A program made the position numbers and the translations under genes. From assembly GCA_963847185.1 (NCBI GenBank), contig CAWJYV010000007.1, forward strand, positions 160,001 to 224,000: DNA of 64,000 nt, written 5' to 3'. This DNA is from an uncultured Methanosarcinaceae archaeon. GTDB taxonomy: Archaea; Halobacteriota; Methanosarcinia; Methanosarcinales; Methanosarcinaceae. Under the pieces are notes generated by a model, which worked only from the letters and a program-made list of their open reading frames with translations, was not told the origin of the DNA and made no database searches. The stretch's first letter is position 1. Each line of letters starts with the position of its first letter. Positions 1 to 12,120 of the stretch are shown in pieces.

Positions 1-1050
1 GTTTACTCCGGCCTTAGCAAGAGATGTAAAGAGTCTTGCTACAGTCCCTACTGCCCCTGCCATCTCGGCACCCGCAACATTAATCAGGGCCACGTTTTTA
101 ATCAGGCTTACTGCTTTTACAACATGCCTGCACTGGAACTTCTCTGCTACAACCAGTGTACCCGGGAACTCCGGATCAAAAGTGTTTTTTACGCGTACAG
201 GGATATGCTCGCGCATTGCAGGTTCAATTGTGCGAGGATGCAGCACATTTGCCCCAAAGTACGAGAGTTCCATTGCTTCAGCATAGGAAATCTGGGGTAT
301 TGTTTTTGCCTCTTTCACGATTCTGGGGTCAGTGGTCATGATCCCGTTTACCTCTTTCCAGAGCCAGATTTCATCAACTTTCAGGGCAGCTCCCAGAATT
401 GAAGCCGTAAAGTCAGATCCGCTTCTTCCCAGGGTAGTAGTAATCCCTTCTTCATTTTCTCCGATGAAACCTGTAACTACAAGAACATGGGACCCGTATT
501 TGCACCCGAGTCTCTTTTCCACAAGCTCGTAGGTCTTTTGCAGAGGCTTTGCATTTCCATAATCTGATGATGTTACTATTCCTGCTTCTCCACCTGTGTA
601 TTCGGTTGATGAGATGCCAAGAGAACGGATAGCTCCTGCCACAATTGGAGCAGCAAGGCGTTCTCCATAAGAGGAAATGTAGTCAATAGACCTTGGAGTA
701 AGCTCGCCCAGATAGCAGATTCCTATCAGGGCTTTTTCGAGCTCGTCAATTCTCAGGTCAAGGATCTGGAGGACTTCTTTTGCAACTACAGGGTTATCAA
801 TGGAATCCCTGACAGCTTCATGATGTTTGTTTGTAAGTTCTGTTCTAAACTCTTTTACAATGGTGACTTTACCTTTTATTGAGGCAAAGCGCGCATTTTC
901 CAGAAGCCTATCGGTTACTCCACTGAGTGCCGAGGTCACTACCACGATCTGGTTGCCTTCTTCACGGTACCTTTTCAGAAGTTGGGCAACGTGACGGATC
1001 TTTTTTCCGTCTCCAACGGAAGTTCCTCCAAATTTCATTACAATTTTCAT
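1..1050 (-). CDS. lysC: Aspartate kinase (3' end runs off window)
   Basis: Absent from the ORF track. Manual translation from ATG at 1050 gives MKIVMKFGGTSVGDG...SYGERL...TTLGRSGSDFTA...DPRIV...EAMELSYFGANVLHP, which are aspartokinase motifs. Confidence 0.93.
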   Translation of the reverse strand, partial: MKIVMKFGGTSVGDGKKIRHVAQLLKRYREEGNQIVVVTSALSGVTDRLLENARFASIKGKVTIVKEFRTELTNKHHEAVRDSIDNPVVAKEVLQILDLRIDELEKALIGICYLGELTPRSIDYISSYGERLAAPIVAGAIRSLGISSTEYTGGEAGIVTSSDYGNAKPLQKTYELVEKRLGCKYGSHVLVVTGFIGENEEGITTTLGRSGSDFTASILGAALKVDEIWLWKEVNGIMTTDPRIVKEAKTIPQISYAEAMELSYFGANVLHPRTIEPAMREHIPVRVKNTFDPEFPGTLVVAEKFQCRHVVKAVSLIKNVALINVAGAEMAGAVGTVARLFTSLAKAGVN

Positions 1051-1460
1051 GATCAGATCACGTTTGGTATTAACTGGGTTATTCTCACACTGTTCTTTGG
1101 TTTCAAAATGTTAATTTTAATAACTTTGATTTTAATTACCGTTACAATTCTGGATTAATTATCAATTAATTTGAGTATATCTTTATGTCTAACAGTCACT
1201 TCTCAATAAAATCGCTTCTTTTGTAAAGAACGCTTTACTTCGGCTCTTTTGCCATTTTATACGTATTATCTTGAGAACTGTTCTGTATAGGATACAGATA
1301 CTATATTATAATATTTGTGTAAAATAAGTTTAGAAATTAAAGTTCGGACAGTAGGAAAACCTGCTGGCAGATACTCAATTAGTGCCGGTAACTAACGTCT
1401 GTAGAAAACGATATTTTTATCTAAAGATAAATGATTGCAAAGTTGAAAAAAGGTGAAGCA

Positions 1461-2657
1461 ATGAAATATGCCATACTTATAGGAGACGGAATGGCTGATT
1501 ACCCAATAGAAAAGTTGGGTGGCAAGACCATTCTTCAGGCAGCTCGAACTCCTGCTATGGATTACATCGCAGCTCATGGAAAAACCGGACTTGCAAAAAC
1601 TGTACCTGATGGTTTTCCTCCAGGTAGCGATGTTGCAAATATGTCTATTCTCGGGTATGATCCGGCAATTTATTATTCTGGAAGGGCTCCTTTTGAAGCT
1701 GCAAGTATGGGTGTGGCCCTTGCAGCTGATGATGTAGCTTTTAGATGCAATCTCATAACTATTGATCATGGGAGAATAAAAGATTACAGTGCAGGGCATA
1801 TCAGTAGCGAAGAAGCAGAGATTCTTATCAAGACACTTGATTCCGAACTCAGTACTGAGGAATTGAGTTTCTATCCTGGAATCAGTTACAGGCACCTCTT
1901 GGTAGCCAAGAAAAATCTGGGAATTGAAATTAAATGCACTCCACCGCATGATATTACAGGAAAGAGAATTGAGGAGTACCTCCCTGAAGGTAAAGATGGG
2001 AAGTTCTTTTCCGGGTTAATTGAAGCCTCCAAGGTTGTTCTCGAACTGCATCCGGTTAATCTGAAAAGGATTGAGGGCGGTAAGAACCCTGCAAATTCAA
2101 TCTGGGTTTGGGGCCAGGGATATGCCCCAAAATTTACGCCTTTTAGAGAACTTTATGGAAAACGCGGAGCAATCATCTCGGCAGTGGATCTGCTCAAAGG
2201 TATTGGAATTTATGCAGGTCTGGATGTAATTGAAGTTCATGGAGCTACCGGCTATCTGGACACTAACTATGAAGGAAAGGCCAGTGCTGCTATTGAGGCC
2301 CTGAAAACCAGGGATCTTGTCTTTGTTCATGTTGAGGCTCCGGATGAAGCCGGGCACGAGGGAAGTACTGAGAAAAAGCTACAGGCTGTTGAAGATTTCG
2401 ATAGCCGGATAGTAGCCCCAATCCTTCAATATGCCGAAGCTTCAACTGAACCTTTTACAATTCTTATACTGCCTGACCACCCTACTCCTATTTCCTTGAA
2501 GACTCATACGAGAGACCCTATTCCCTTTGCAATCTATAGCACAGACAAAGCCGATCAGGATGAAACTGAGACCTTTGATGAGGAAGCTGTTAAAAAAGGT
2601 TCCATGGGCCTTGTGAAAGCTTCAGACCTTATAAGATTGCTTGTTAAGAATGAATGA
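1461..2657 (+). CDS. apgM: Cofactor-independent phosphoglycerate mutase (ApgM family)
   Basis: [20 protein letters not shown] and DHPTP motifs. Start at ATG 1461 after AGGTGA SD (ORF track extends to 1431). Confidence 0.88.
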   Translation: MKYAILIGDGMADYPIEKLGGKTILQAARTPAMDYIAAHGKTGLAKTVPDGFPPGSDVANMSILGYDPAIYYSGRAPFEAASMGVALAADDVAFRCNLITIDHGRIKDYSAGHISSEEAEILIKTLDSELSTEELSFYPGISYRHLLVAKKNLGIEIKCTPPHDITGKRIEEYLPEGKDGKFFSGLIEASKVVLELHPVNLKRIEGGKNPANSIWVWGQGYAPKFTPFRELYGKRGAIISAVDLLKGIGIYAGLDVIEVHGATGYLDTNYEGKASAAIEALKTRDLVFVHVEAPDEAGHEGSTEKKLQAVEDFDSRIVAPILQYAEASTEPFTILILPDHPTPISLKTHTRDPIPFAIYSTDKADQDETETFDEEAVKKGSMGLVKASDLIRLLVKNE

Positions 2658-2883
2658 CCATTTTTCGGGTAGCTATCTCATTTTCTGTTCAGCCACCCTC
2701 TTAAATTATCCGAAAATCTCTCTGCTTCGGGTTTTCGGAAATTTTTTATTTACTTTTTGAGTTCTTCTTTTTATACTTCTTTTTGGTGAAATTGCCCAAC
2801 AAAACTTATATATCCTTTCTCAATATATTCAAAATAGCACACGAAAGTCTGCAATATAACTTTTCTTTAGGGGGTATTTTAAT

Positions 2884-3348
2884 ATGAAATGGCCTGTCAG
2901 AAGATCATTTTCAGGGCCCACACGCTGGGATCCTTTTGAAGAGATAAGAAGAACGCAGGAGAGACTGAACCAGATGTTTGAAGATTTTATGCCCATGGAA
3001 GAATGGGGCGGTGGCAAAGTATACACTCCTGCTGTTGACATTAAGGAAGAAGAAGATAAACTCGTGGTTACTACCGACCTGCCTGGAATTAATAAAGAGG
3101 ACGTTGAGATTAACCTTAAAGAGGATATGCTGGAGATAAGTGCAAAGAGTGGAAAAGAAAAAGAAACTGAAGAGGAAGGGTACCTTCGTCGGGAAAGAGC
3201 ATATACGCGCTTCTACCGTGCAGTCCGCCTGCCTACCAGTGTTAAGGATGAGGGAAGCACTGCAAAAATGGAAAATGGTGTCCTGACAATAACGCTTCCG
3301 AAGCTAAAACTGGAAGAGCCAGCAAAGAAGATAGCAATTGAAGAGTGA
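2884..3348 (+). CDS. Small heat-shock protein (Hsp20/alpha-crystallin)
   Basis: WDPF, PAVDIKE, DLPG, ER..RFYR.VRLP and AKMENGVLTITLPK. Confidence 0.93.
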   Translation: MKWPVRRSFSGPTRWDPFEEIRRTQERLNQMFEDFMPMEEWGGGKVYTPAVDIKEEEDKLVVTTDLPGINKEDVEINLKEDMLEISAKSGKEKETEEEGYLRRERAYTRFYRAVRLPTSVKDEGSTAKMENGVLTITLPKLKLEEPAKKIAIEE

Positions 3349-3478
3349 TCTTGCCAGAAAAACAACCTTCACTTCAATCTAAAATGCGAGGAAACCCACA
3401 AATTTTTTGTTTTTGATATTCTCCTATTTAATCTTTGCAGTTACTTCAATCTAAATATTTTTTATTCCTTTATTCTAC

Positions 3479-4474
3479 TTATAACTTGATTCTTTTATTC
3501 GTCTCGGAAACACTCTTTTTATAGTATTCCAAATCGGAGCAGGGCTCTATATGGATTGAAAAATGACCATTTTTACCACAGATTTCCTTTAATCTGTCTT
3601 CGACCTGCGTTGATATTTCGTGCGCATCTACAACATTCAAATCCCTATCTACCTCGATATGGACATCTGCAGCCATGGCGTTTCCAATCTTTCGGGTTTT
3701 AAGTTCATGAAAACCCAATACACCTTCCGTAGATCTCAAAGCTTCCTCAATACTTCTGTAAATATCAGAATCCAGTGAAGCCTCAAGAAGTTCGTTAAGA
3801 TTTTTGTAAGAGATATCAAGTGCCACTTTTAAGATAAAGAAACTCAATATAACGGCCGCTACAGGGTCAAGCACTACCCATCTGCCTCCGAGATAGATCG
3901 CACCTCCTATCCCAATCATGGTCCCCATTGAAGAGAAAGCATCAGATCTATGTTCCCAGGCGTTCGCGATTAGTGCGTCGCTTTGAAGTTTTCTGCCGTG
4001 TACTATTGTGTAGCGGTACAACCACTCTTTTAACACAATTGAAATGATTGCCACAAGAAGAGCGACTTTACTTGGGGCTGGCAATACCTCTCCATTATAA
4101 AAAGCAATAATTTTCTGAAGGCCTCCCCAGAAAATTCCAAAAGCTGCTGCAATAAGCACAAGTCCCGTAAACGCTGCAGCTAAAGTCTCAATTTTCCCGT
4201 GACCGTAATTGTGCGTATCATCTCTTGGTTTTTTAGCAACCTTTAATCCCACAACAACCGCGATATCGGTTATTAAGTCAGATAGAGAGTGAGCTGCATC
4301 GGCAATCATTGCCGTACTATTGCCTACAACTCCCGCCACAAACTTAAAACATGTCAGTAAAGAGTTTAAAACCATTGAAACTTTCGTTACATAGGTAGCT
4401 TTAGAATACCTATAATTCTCCGCCTCATCAGAATCAGAGAGAGTTTTTGTATCCGCACCATTAGCAATACTCAT
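3479..4474 (-). CDS. Cation diffusion facilitator (FieF-like) transporter
   Basis: ADAAHSLSD, HNYGHGKIE, EHRSD and C-terminal HIEP. Confidence 0.92.
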   Translation of the reverse strand: MSIANGADTKTLSDSDEAENYRYSKATYVTKVSMVLNSLLTCFKFVAGVVGNSTAMIADAAHSLSDLITDIAVVVGLKVAKKPRDDTHNYGHGKIETLAAAFTGLVLIAAAFGIFWGGLQKIIAFYNGEVLPAPSKVALLVAIISIVLKEWLYRYTIVHGRKLQSDALIANAWEHRSDAFSSMGTMIGIGGAIYLGGRWVVLDPVAAVILSFFILKVALDISYKNLNELLEASLDSDIYRSIEEALRSTEGVLGFHELKTRKIGNAMAADVHIEVDRDLNVVDAHEISTQVEDRLKEICGKNGHFSIHIEPCSDLEYYKKSVSETNKRIKL

Positions 4475-4762
4475 AATTTCTCAGAGTTATTAGTTTATTT
4501 GAATAAATTGAGATATTATGTTCTGATTTTTATATAATCTCAGAAAGAGAACATAAATTAGGTGATCAACAGATATAAAGATTTTCTCTCATTTGTTATG
4601 AAATTTTTCCAGGTCGCTAGTTGTTGCTTTCGGCTTTTTTGATTCAATAATACTGTTTCAAGTTATGATGGTGATTTCCCGTATTTCTTTTGGACTCAAA
4701 TATTCATTTTCCCCTGGTTTTTTATGTTTTTTCATTTTCTTGAAGAGATTTTTTGTTGAGAC

Positions 4763-5209
4763 TCAGCCATAGTGCGGAAATATGTATTTTATTTCTTTGA
4801 CTTTCTCTCCTACTTCTCCTTCGGTTTCATCAGGAAATTCTTTACTTTTCATAGCTTCAGCCTTTGCAACCTCTGGATGCTGTTTTAGAAATTCCATTGA
4901 GTAAGTAGTAGTTTCTTTTGCAGATGATTGAAAGATCTCGTTGATTTCTTCCCTGCTAAACTGCCCGTGATAAAGAAGAAGTTGAGTTACTTTTTCCCTG
5001 GTGGTCTGAGGTTCATTTTCATAATCAAGGGAGTAAAATAGTTTACTTATGACAACTCTTAAACTGCTAGGTCTGCTTTTTTCGTTATCTTTAAACTCAA
5101 AAGGGCTTTTATTTTTTATTTTTTCTATAATTTCGTTCAGGTCATACTGGCTCGTACTTAACACCCCGTATAAGTTTGTTTTACAACCTAAATAAAAACT
5201 CTTCAACAT
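4763..5209 (-). CDS. Hypothetical protein
   Basis: 148-aa ORF, no recognisable motif, start uncertain. Confidence 0.5.
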   Translation of the reverse strand: MLKSFYLGCKTNLYGVLSTSQYDLNEIIEKIKNKSPFEFKDNEKSRPSSLRVVISKLFYSLDYENEPQTTREKVTQLLLYHGQFSREEINEIFQSSAKETTTYSMEFLKQHPEVAKAEAMKSKEFPDETEGEVGEKVKEIKYIFPHYG

Positions 5210-5492
5210 AGGAAAAGGAATTATAATCTAAATAAGAAGATAAGAAGAGCGAAAACAACTTAAGGAAAATTGATTTTAAAAGTGCGGCATCAGGAAACTG
5301 TTCTCATCATCTTTTGCTCAGTTGGGGTAACTCTCATCATCGCCGCAAGTTTCAGTATATCGGTGGTCTTATTTATGGTTACTGCCTTTACTGCTGCAAA
5401 TTATCCGTTTACGGGTTGTTTTTCCGTATTTGATAAATTAAATTTGATCGTTCTATTCTCTTACCTATTTCACAGATTTTTGAGGAAGACAC

Positions 5493-6257
5493 TTGAAATT
5501 CGAAGTTATAGCCGTAGAAAATATTCCCCTTATACTAAATGGGGACGACCTGCCATTGATAATCAGCCAGAATATTCAGCTTCAGGATAGGGACATTGTT
5601 ATAGTTGCCTCGACTGTCGTTGCTAAAGCTGAAGGAGAGACCTTCAGGCTCGAAGATATTACTGCTGGAGAAAAGGCGCTTGAAATTGCAGCCCGAATCG
5701 GGAAAGATGCAAGGTTTGTTCAGGCTGTACTGGCCCGGAGCAGGGAAGTCCTTGTTGAAAAGCCTTTTATGCTCGTGACAACTCTTGCCGGGCACACCTG
5801 CGTAAATGCAGGAGTTGATGAATCAAATATTGAAGATGGATTTTTGCTTTATCCTCCGGAGAACCCGGATCTTAGTGCCGCAAGACTCGGAAAAAGGCTT
5901 GAAGCGATGAGTGGAAAAAAGTTGAGTATCATTGTCACGGATACAAACGGAAGGGCTTTCAAGATAGGGCAAACCGGTGCCGCCATAGGAATTTTCAAAA
6001 TAAGGCCTATAAAACGCTGGATTGGAGAAAAAGACCTGTTTGGGAAAGTTCTTGAGATTACAGAAGAGGCAATTGTCGATGAACTTGCGGGTGCTGCAAA
6101 CCTTCTAATGGGAGAAGGAGCTGGAGGAATTCCTGTGGTTGTTATCAGGGGGCTTGATTGTTACTGCGAAGATAATACCTCCATAAAGGAAACGTATCGC
6201 CCTGAAGAACAAGATATAATCAAAAAAGGGCTTCGCTGCCTGCAGAAAAAGGATTGA
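5493..6257 (+). CDS. cofE: Coenzyme F420-0:L-glutamate ligase
   Basis: VVAKAEG, CVNAGVDESN, TDTNGRAFK, DELAGAANLLMGEG. TTG start after GAGGA. Confidence 0.93.
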   Translation: MKFEVIAVENIPLILNGDDLPLIISQNIQLQDRDIVIVASTVVAKAEGETFRLEDITAGEKALEIAARIGKDARFVQAVLARSREVLVEKPFMLVTTLAGHTCVNAGVDESNIEDGFLLYPPENPDLSAARLGKRLEAMSGKKLSIIVTDTNGRAFKIGQTGAAIGIFKIRPIKRWIGEKDLFGKVLEITEEAIVDELAGAANLLMGEGAGGIPVVVIRGLDCYCEDNTSIKETYRPEEQDIIKKGLRCLQKKD

Positions 6258-6413
6258 GTTAACATAAGATATGCTTTAGAGCTCAGGTATTAGTTAAGAA
6301 GTATCTTGAACCTCTGTTTTTAAGAGTTTTATGAATACTGAGATGGTTCAGTCTCTTCCTAGAAGACATAACTTCCGCAACTTAAGTTGGGCTACTGTTA
6401 TTATGAGCGGATA

Positions 6414-6737
6414 TTATGAGCGGATCATAGTTAGAATCATTTTGAATCTCTCTATAGCATGGAGTGAATGGGGATTATTGGCAGGCATTATAATCATGTC
6501 TCCCTTCTCCAGAAAATTCTTATGACCGGAAATAGTGATTTCTGCCTTCCCATCTATTACCTGAACCATAGCATCGAAAGGAGCAGTATGCTCGCTCAGT
6601 CCTTCTCCTTTGTCAAAAGCGAATATGGTCACTGTTCCAGTGCCTTTACGGATGATTTCTTTGCTTACAACGGTTCCATCTTGATATTTAACCAGATCTT
6701 CTACCTTTAGTGTCCTGGCTTTTAATTCTTCAGACAT
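6414..6737 (-). CDS. Cupin-domain protein
   Basis: FAFDKGEGLSEHTAP and MPANNPHSL. Confidence 0.88.
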   Translation of the reverse strand: MSEELKARTLKVEDLVKYQDGTVVSKEIIRKGTGTVTIFAFDKGEGLSEHTAPFDAMVQVIDGKAEITISGHKNFLEKGDMIIMPANNPHSLHAIERFKMILTMIRS

Positions 6738-7015
6738 TATCCCACCTCTTACCCCTGTTCCAAACTCGTATGCTTATCCAGGTACTGAAAAATTGTTACA
6801 TGGGCGAAACATACTTATATTTATATTTGTACTATATGCCATTTATTTATCTTCTTTGGATAAATTATCCTCAAAATGAGTTTATATCTTCTTGCATAAA
6901 ACAGATTAATAAAATTAATCAAACCATTTGAATTCTCTTTCTGGAAAATTTCTTCAGCAAGGATAATGCGAAGGACATTTTTAGCACAAAACTGTTAAAT
7001 TCGCAGGTTTAATCT

Positions 7016-7488
7016 TCACCGGAAGTCCTCGTTTTTCAATCCAAAAAGTACATATTCTACTTTTACACCTGCATCCTCGAAGAAATTAAGTGAATCTGTA
7101 TCAGGATAACGGAGTTGCATACACAACTCTTTTATATTTGAGTTAATAATCATTTTCGTGCAGAGAATACAGGGCTGATGTGTACAGTAGATGGTTGCCC
7201 CTGCTATGCTTACTCCATGGATTGCGGCCTGGATGATGGCATTCTGTTCCGATGCACTGCCCTGCATTTTTCATGTCGGGTGCCTGAAGGGATATTTTCA
7301 AGATCTCGGATACATCCGATTTCAAGGCAATGTTCCATACCGCTGGGGGCCCCATTGTATCCGGTTGAGAGGATTCTTTTATCCCGGACTATCACAGCCC
7401 CTACATTGTTTCGAAGACAGGTAGCTCTTTTACCTACCACGAAGGCGATTTCAAGGAAATATTCATCAAGAGAAGGTCTATCTATCAT
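7016..7488 (-). pseudogene. dCMP/cytidine deaminase family protein, frameshifted in this sequence
   Basis: [22 protein letters not shown] then EQNAI..THQPCILC in another frame. The HAE motif is broken by a missing base near 7251, and there is a compensating -1/+1 pair near 7130 and 7108. Confidence 0.85.
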
Positions 7489-7918
7489 TATTTTTAATGA
7501 ACAGTAAGAGGTATATATAGCTGTGACGTTACAACTTGTACCGTTTTTAAGAGTTAATTTTAAATCTAATGAATCAAACGGTTTAAAGATAAATTGTCTT
7601 TCGAAGAAGAATTGATATAATTGGTGAGAATAAAAATAGAGAGATTAACTTATTTATAATATTGATTTACTTATATTATTGATTTTATTTGTATTATTGA
7701 TATATCCAGGACATTACCCCCAAAAGCAATCTGAATTGCATTCAGAGTAAATTTCAAAATTCTTAAAAATCTAATTTATAAGTTTATTATAAATTTCGAT
7801 TTTTCTCGATGTTTCTGGGTTCCACATCTGGATTATCCGTCTAGATTATCCATCTGGATGTGAAGAGTTGTTCGGATAAGTTCGATAAAAATAGATTATG
7901 TATCCGGAGTATTAAATT

Positions 7919-8824
7919 ATGGCAACAGGTTTGACCGAACTTTTAGATAACTTCGTGAAAAATCACGATGATCGCCAGTTGCTGGCACTTCCCCTTGCAG
8001 TACTCGCAATTTCTTTAGCAATACTGCTGGTTTCCTATGTGAGTAGCGGGTCGCCGGTAATTCTGGGAATGGAATTCCAGGGTGGTACCCAGATTTCGGT
8101 GGAAACGACTGATTCTCCTGCTACGCTTGAAAAAATGTATTCATCTTACCCCATCAACGATGCCCGACAGGCAGGAAGCAGGGTTGTCATGCAGTTCGGG
8201 GTTATGGATAACGAGCAGCAGGGCCAGCTTGAAAAGGACGTTATGAGCCGATATTCCAATGTGCAGATTCAGCAGGTTGGGCCCATCTACGGTAAGGATC
8301 TACAGGCGCAGGCCCTCAAAGCTCTGGTAATTTCTTTCATAGGGATGGCAATTGTGGTATTTCTGCTCTTCCGTACTTTCATACCTTCCTTTGCAGTGAT
8401 ACTTTCTGCCTTTGCAGATATCATAATTGCAGCTGCTTTCATGAAGGTTGCAGGAGTCGAACTATCCCTTGGAACACTTGCAGCCCTGCTTATGCTTATT
8501 GGTTATTCTGTAGATAGTGACATTCTGCTCACAAATAGAGTAATTAAACGTCGGGGTCCTGTAGAAGAAAAAGTCTCCCGGGCCATGCATACAGGAATTA
8601 CCATGACCACCACAACCCTTGCGGCTCTTGGAGTTATGTACATAGTTTCAACTTTCTCCTACCTGGTCTTCCCCTCATTCTCACAGATTACTCTGCTTTC
8701 ACATATCTCAATCGTGTTGATTGCAGGGCTTTTTGCAGACATGATGAATACCTGGCTCCTAAACACAGCAATTTTACGCTGGTATGTAACGAAGCCCGAA
8801 TTCAAAGGGAGGTATAACAGATGA
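7919..8824 (+). CDS. secF: Protein translocase subunit SecF
   Basis: LGMEFQGGT, QVGP, LAALLMLIGYSVDSDILL. ATGA overlap with secD. Confidence 0.95.
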   Translation: MATGLTELLDNFVKNHDDRQLLALPLAVLAISLAILLVSYVSSGSPVILGMEFQGGTQISVETTDSPATLEKMYSSYPINDARQAGSRVVMQFGVMDNEQQGQLEKDVMSRYSNVQIQQVGPIYGKDLQAQALKALVISFIGMAIVVFLLFRTFIPSFAVILSAFADIIIAAAFMKVAGVELSLGTLAALLMLIGYSVDSDILLTNRVIKRRGPVEEKVSRAMHTGITMTTTTLAALGVMYIVSTFSYLVFPSFSQITLLSHISIVLIAGLFADMMNTWLLNTAILRWYVTKPEFKGRYNR

Positions 8825-10522
8825 GCGACAAAAAGAGCCTCTTAAAAAATACACGAGTTATTGTTTTCCTTTTGATCTTTCTTGGCTCTATTGTAGCTAT
8901 CCATCCAGGCTATACCCCAGGAAAAGGGACAACTTCCAACCTGAATTTCGGACTCGATCTGGAAGGTGGATCCTGGCTTCAGATAAAGCTTGAAGGGGCA
9001 CTTGCTCAGATAGACGCAGATTCCGGAAAGCTAGCCAGTGGAATTATTGAGCCTTTAATAGGTGCTCCTATCGAAATAACAAAAAATACCCTTGAAGTTG
9101 GTGGATCTGCTGAGAAATCTATCACCTTTACGACATCCGCTCAAGTTAGCGCATCCCAGCTTGAGTCTCTGGGGGAAGTAAGTGTAGACAAGCTGAGCGG
9201 GAATACAACTCAGGTAACTATCTCCTCCACAAGCAAGGAAGCTCTTATTCAGACTTATCTCTCTAAAGCCCTTGATACGGAAGTAGTTACTATCACTTCC
9301 GAGAGTGGGGTTACCTACGAAATCAGGACTGCAGTCACTGAAGAACAGCTTGATGCCCTACTGGAAAAAGTTGGAGCCACAATTCACAAGAACGAGGATG
9401 GGACTTCAACTTACAAAGAAGGAGTCAGTACTCAGACCAGAGACCTTACAAAGAGTATCCTCAGTGACAAACTTAACTCTCTTGGCCTGAAAGATATTCC
9501 TGTCAGGACTGTAGGGGAAGATTATATCCTTATTGATTTTGCAGGTATTGACCTGGCAAAAGCTAAGGAAATCGCCGAGAAACCCGGAAAGTTCGAGATC
9601 AGGATTCAAACCACTGGAAACGAAACTGAGCATGTGATTTACGGCGATTCCATCGTAAGTGTTGGAGTTCCAACTTTCCATGATGAGCAGTGGCACACTC
9701 CCTTTACCCTGAATGATGACGGAGCCAGGACACTTCAGAAAGTTGCACTTGACACCGGAGCAATTGACAATCCGGATGAACACTATTTGATGATGTACCT
9801 GGATGGAGTTGAGATCTATGGAGCTCCTTTAAGTTATTCTGCAGCCGCCAAACTTCGAGAAGCTCCGATCTATTCCTGGGAAGCTTCCACAGGTACTGAC
9901 GAAACTGCTAAAGAACAAGCTGAGGCCCTTCAGATTCACCTCCGAGCAGGAGCTCTTCCTGTCAATGTGGTACTTGTAGGCTCAGGACATGTGGATGCAG
10001 GTCTCGGATCTCAGTTCAAAACTCAAGCCATGATTGCAGGCTTAATTTCCCTGGTTGCAGTAGCAGCTGTGGTTTTATTTAAGTACAGAAGGCCTGAAAT
10101 TCTGATACCCATGGTTGGGACTTCCACAAGCGAAGTTATTATGATTCTCGGATTCGCTGCACTTATAGGCTGGCAGCTTGACCTGCCGGCAATTGCAGGT
10201 ATCATAGCCTCCATAGGTACTGGAATTGACCACCTTGTAATTATTACAGATGAGGTGCTTTATGAAGGCAAACTTCCCCCAACAAAGGTCTTCCATTCCA
10301 GAATCGGAAAAGCTTTTACAATTATTTTAGGAGCAGCCTCCACAAATATCATTGCTCTGTCTCCTCTGGTTTTAATGGGCTTTCGGTACTTTGAAGGGTT
10401 TTGCTATTACAACTATCGTTGGTGTCCTCATAGGTGTGTTAATTGCAAGGCCGGTTTACGGAGTAGTAATCAAGGAATTCCTTCATGTAGATGAAACTGG
10501 AAATGGAGGTATAACTGAATAA
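8821..10522 (+). CDS. secD: Protein translocase subunit SecD (one extra T near 10381 shifts the C-terminus)
   Basis: FGLDLEGG, LRAGALP, IGTGIDH. Removing one T restores MGFGTLKGFAITTIVGVLIGVLIARPVYG... ending at TAA 10520-10522. Confidence 0.92.
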
Positions 10523-10591
10523 ATTTGTAGGGAAAAGACAAATAAAGTTCCTTCAATGTAATATTCAAAAACGAAATATCAAGGTGGAACA

Positions 10592-11617
10592 ATGCAAGAT
10601 CTCTGGACTCTAAAATACAGGGTAAATACCCTGGAAGAAATGCTCGGGAATGACAATGCAGTAACCACGCTTTCCGAACTGACCAGGTCCGGGACTCTTC
10701 CCCACCTTATTTTATACGGCCCGGAAAATTCAGGAAAAACGACTGCTTCTCTGGCTCTTGCTCGGAAACTCTATGGAAGTACCTGGAAAAACAATTTTAC
10801 ATACTTCAATGCGTCGGATTTTTTCGATCAGGGAAAACGTTATCTTGTCAGAGATAAGCGTTTTGTGCGTTTTCTCGGTACCGACGATCCTAAGAAAATC
10901 TATAAAAGTGTAATTGATATTTTTAAGGAAATAATCAATGAATATGCTGGAACGGCCTCTATTGACGCCGATTACAAGCTAATCTACATCGACAATGCAG
11001 AGTCTTTGAGTTCAGATGCACAGCACGCTCTCAGGCGAATTATGGAAAAATACAGTGCAACGTGCAGGTTTATTCTTTCTACCACAAAGCCTTCCAGACT
11101 TATCATTCCGCTTCGGTCAAGAGGCCTTCAAATCTTTTTTACGTATGTTTCTGACTCTCTTCTAAAAGCCCATCTTGAGAAGATCTCCTGTGCCGAAAAT
11201 TTGCAGTTTTCAGATGACGCACTTGATGCGATTCTTTATTTTGCTAAAGGAAATGTAGCAAAAGCTATTCAGACTTTACAGCTTGTTTCCCTGAAGGCAC
11301 AAAATTCAGTTGTTAATGAAGATCTCGTATATGAAGCTACTATGAAAGGCAGGGATGAATCCATAGATGAACTGCTTTATGCGGCTCTTTCAGGAGATTT
11401 TTCCAGAGGAAGGCAGCTAATTGACGATATGATAATAGAAAAGGGGCTTTCGGCAACCGAAATACTTGAAGGGCTCTTAGAAGCTCTTGTAGATTCAGGA
11501 GAAAATGATGCAGACACTGCTCGCCTGATAGTAAAAATTTCCGATGCTGATGCCAGACTCGTAAATGCTGCCAATGAGAGAATACAGCTTGAAAAACTGA
11601 TTTCTATTCTCTCCTAA
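10592..11617 (+). CDS. Replication factor C small subunit (second, divergent small subunit type)
   Basis: LWTLKYR, GPENSGKT, FNASD, AQHALRRIMEKY, PLRSR. Confidence 0.88.
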   Translation: MQDLWTLKYRVNTLEEMLGNDNAVTTLSELTRSGTLPHLILYGPENSGKTTASLALARKLYGSTWKNNFTYFNASDFFDQGKRYLVRDKRFVRFLGTDDPKKIYKSVIDIFKEIINEYAGTASIDADYKLIYIDNAESLSSDAQHALRRIMEKYSATCRFILSTTKPSRLIIPLRSRGLQIFFTYVSDSLLKAHLEKISCAENLQFSDDALDAILYFAKGNVAKAIQTLQLVSLKAQNSVVNEDLVYEATMKGRDESIDELLYAALSGDFSRGRQLIDDMIIEKGLSATEILEGLLEALVDSGENDADTARLIVKISDADARLVNAANERIQLEKLISILS

Positions 11618-12087
11618 CTTCTTTTTTTATAAGTGGGGACTCTGTTCTTATATTCTTTGCTTGACGATAAGTTTCAAAAATTCTATTATATATATACTTC
11701 TATTTTCATTTGTTTGTCGATCGAAATTTATTTATACTATATCCCTAAATCCAATTTTCGATTAGAAAATTATATATACTATTAGTTTTTATCTTTTATT
11801 ACAGAAAGACTTAAAATTAAGGCTTCTCACGAGTTAATTGGCTCAGTATACTCACACGAGCTAAGGCTTAAAGTTCCAGGCTTGTCAGATTGGGTATTCC
11901 TGGATCTAAAGGGTTCAGAGTCTGGTTTTCCTCGAGTAAAAGCCAAGAGTCTTCTTGTAAGAATCCACAAAAATCTCTCCATTGCTCCCTGAATAACTCC
12001 CTCATTTCAGGGAGGCTCATGCTCTTAAGGCAGAATTGTTTACGGTTTGTGGGAAAGGAAAAGATTCTGCCGGATTTCAAAAAAATG

Positions 12088-12120
12088 TTGCCTGCCTGAA
12101 TTCTTCCTTCAGGCGGGCAA
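12088..12120. other. Strong intergenic stem-loop
   Basis: TTGCCTGCCTGAA-TTCTTCC-TTCAGGCGGGCAA, a 13-bp stem with one G-U pair. Confidence 0.6.

Noticed and set aside
5270-5590. Hydrophobic 106-aa ORF upstream of cofE
   Set aside because: Overlaps cofE by about 100 nt and shows no recognisable family.
11868-12080. ORFs in the RFC-mtmB gap as mtmP remnants
   Set aside because: Translations are hydrophilic and do not resemble a permease.
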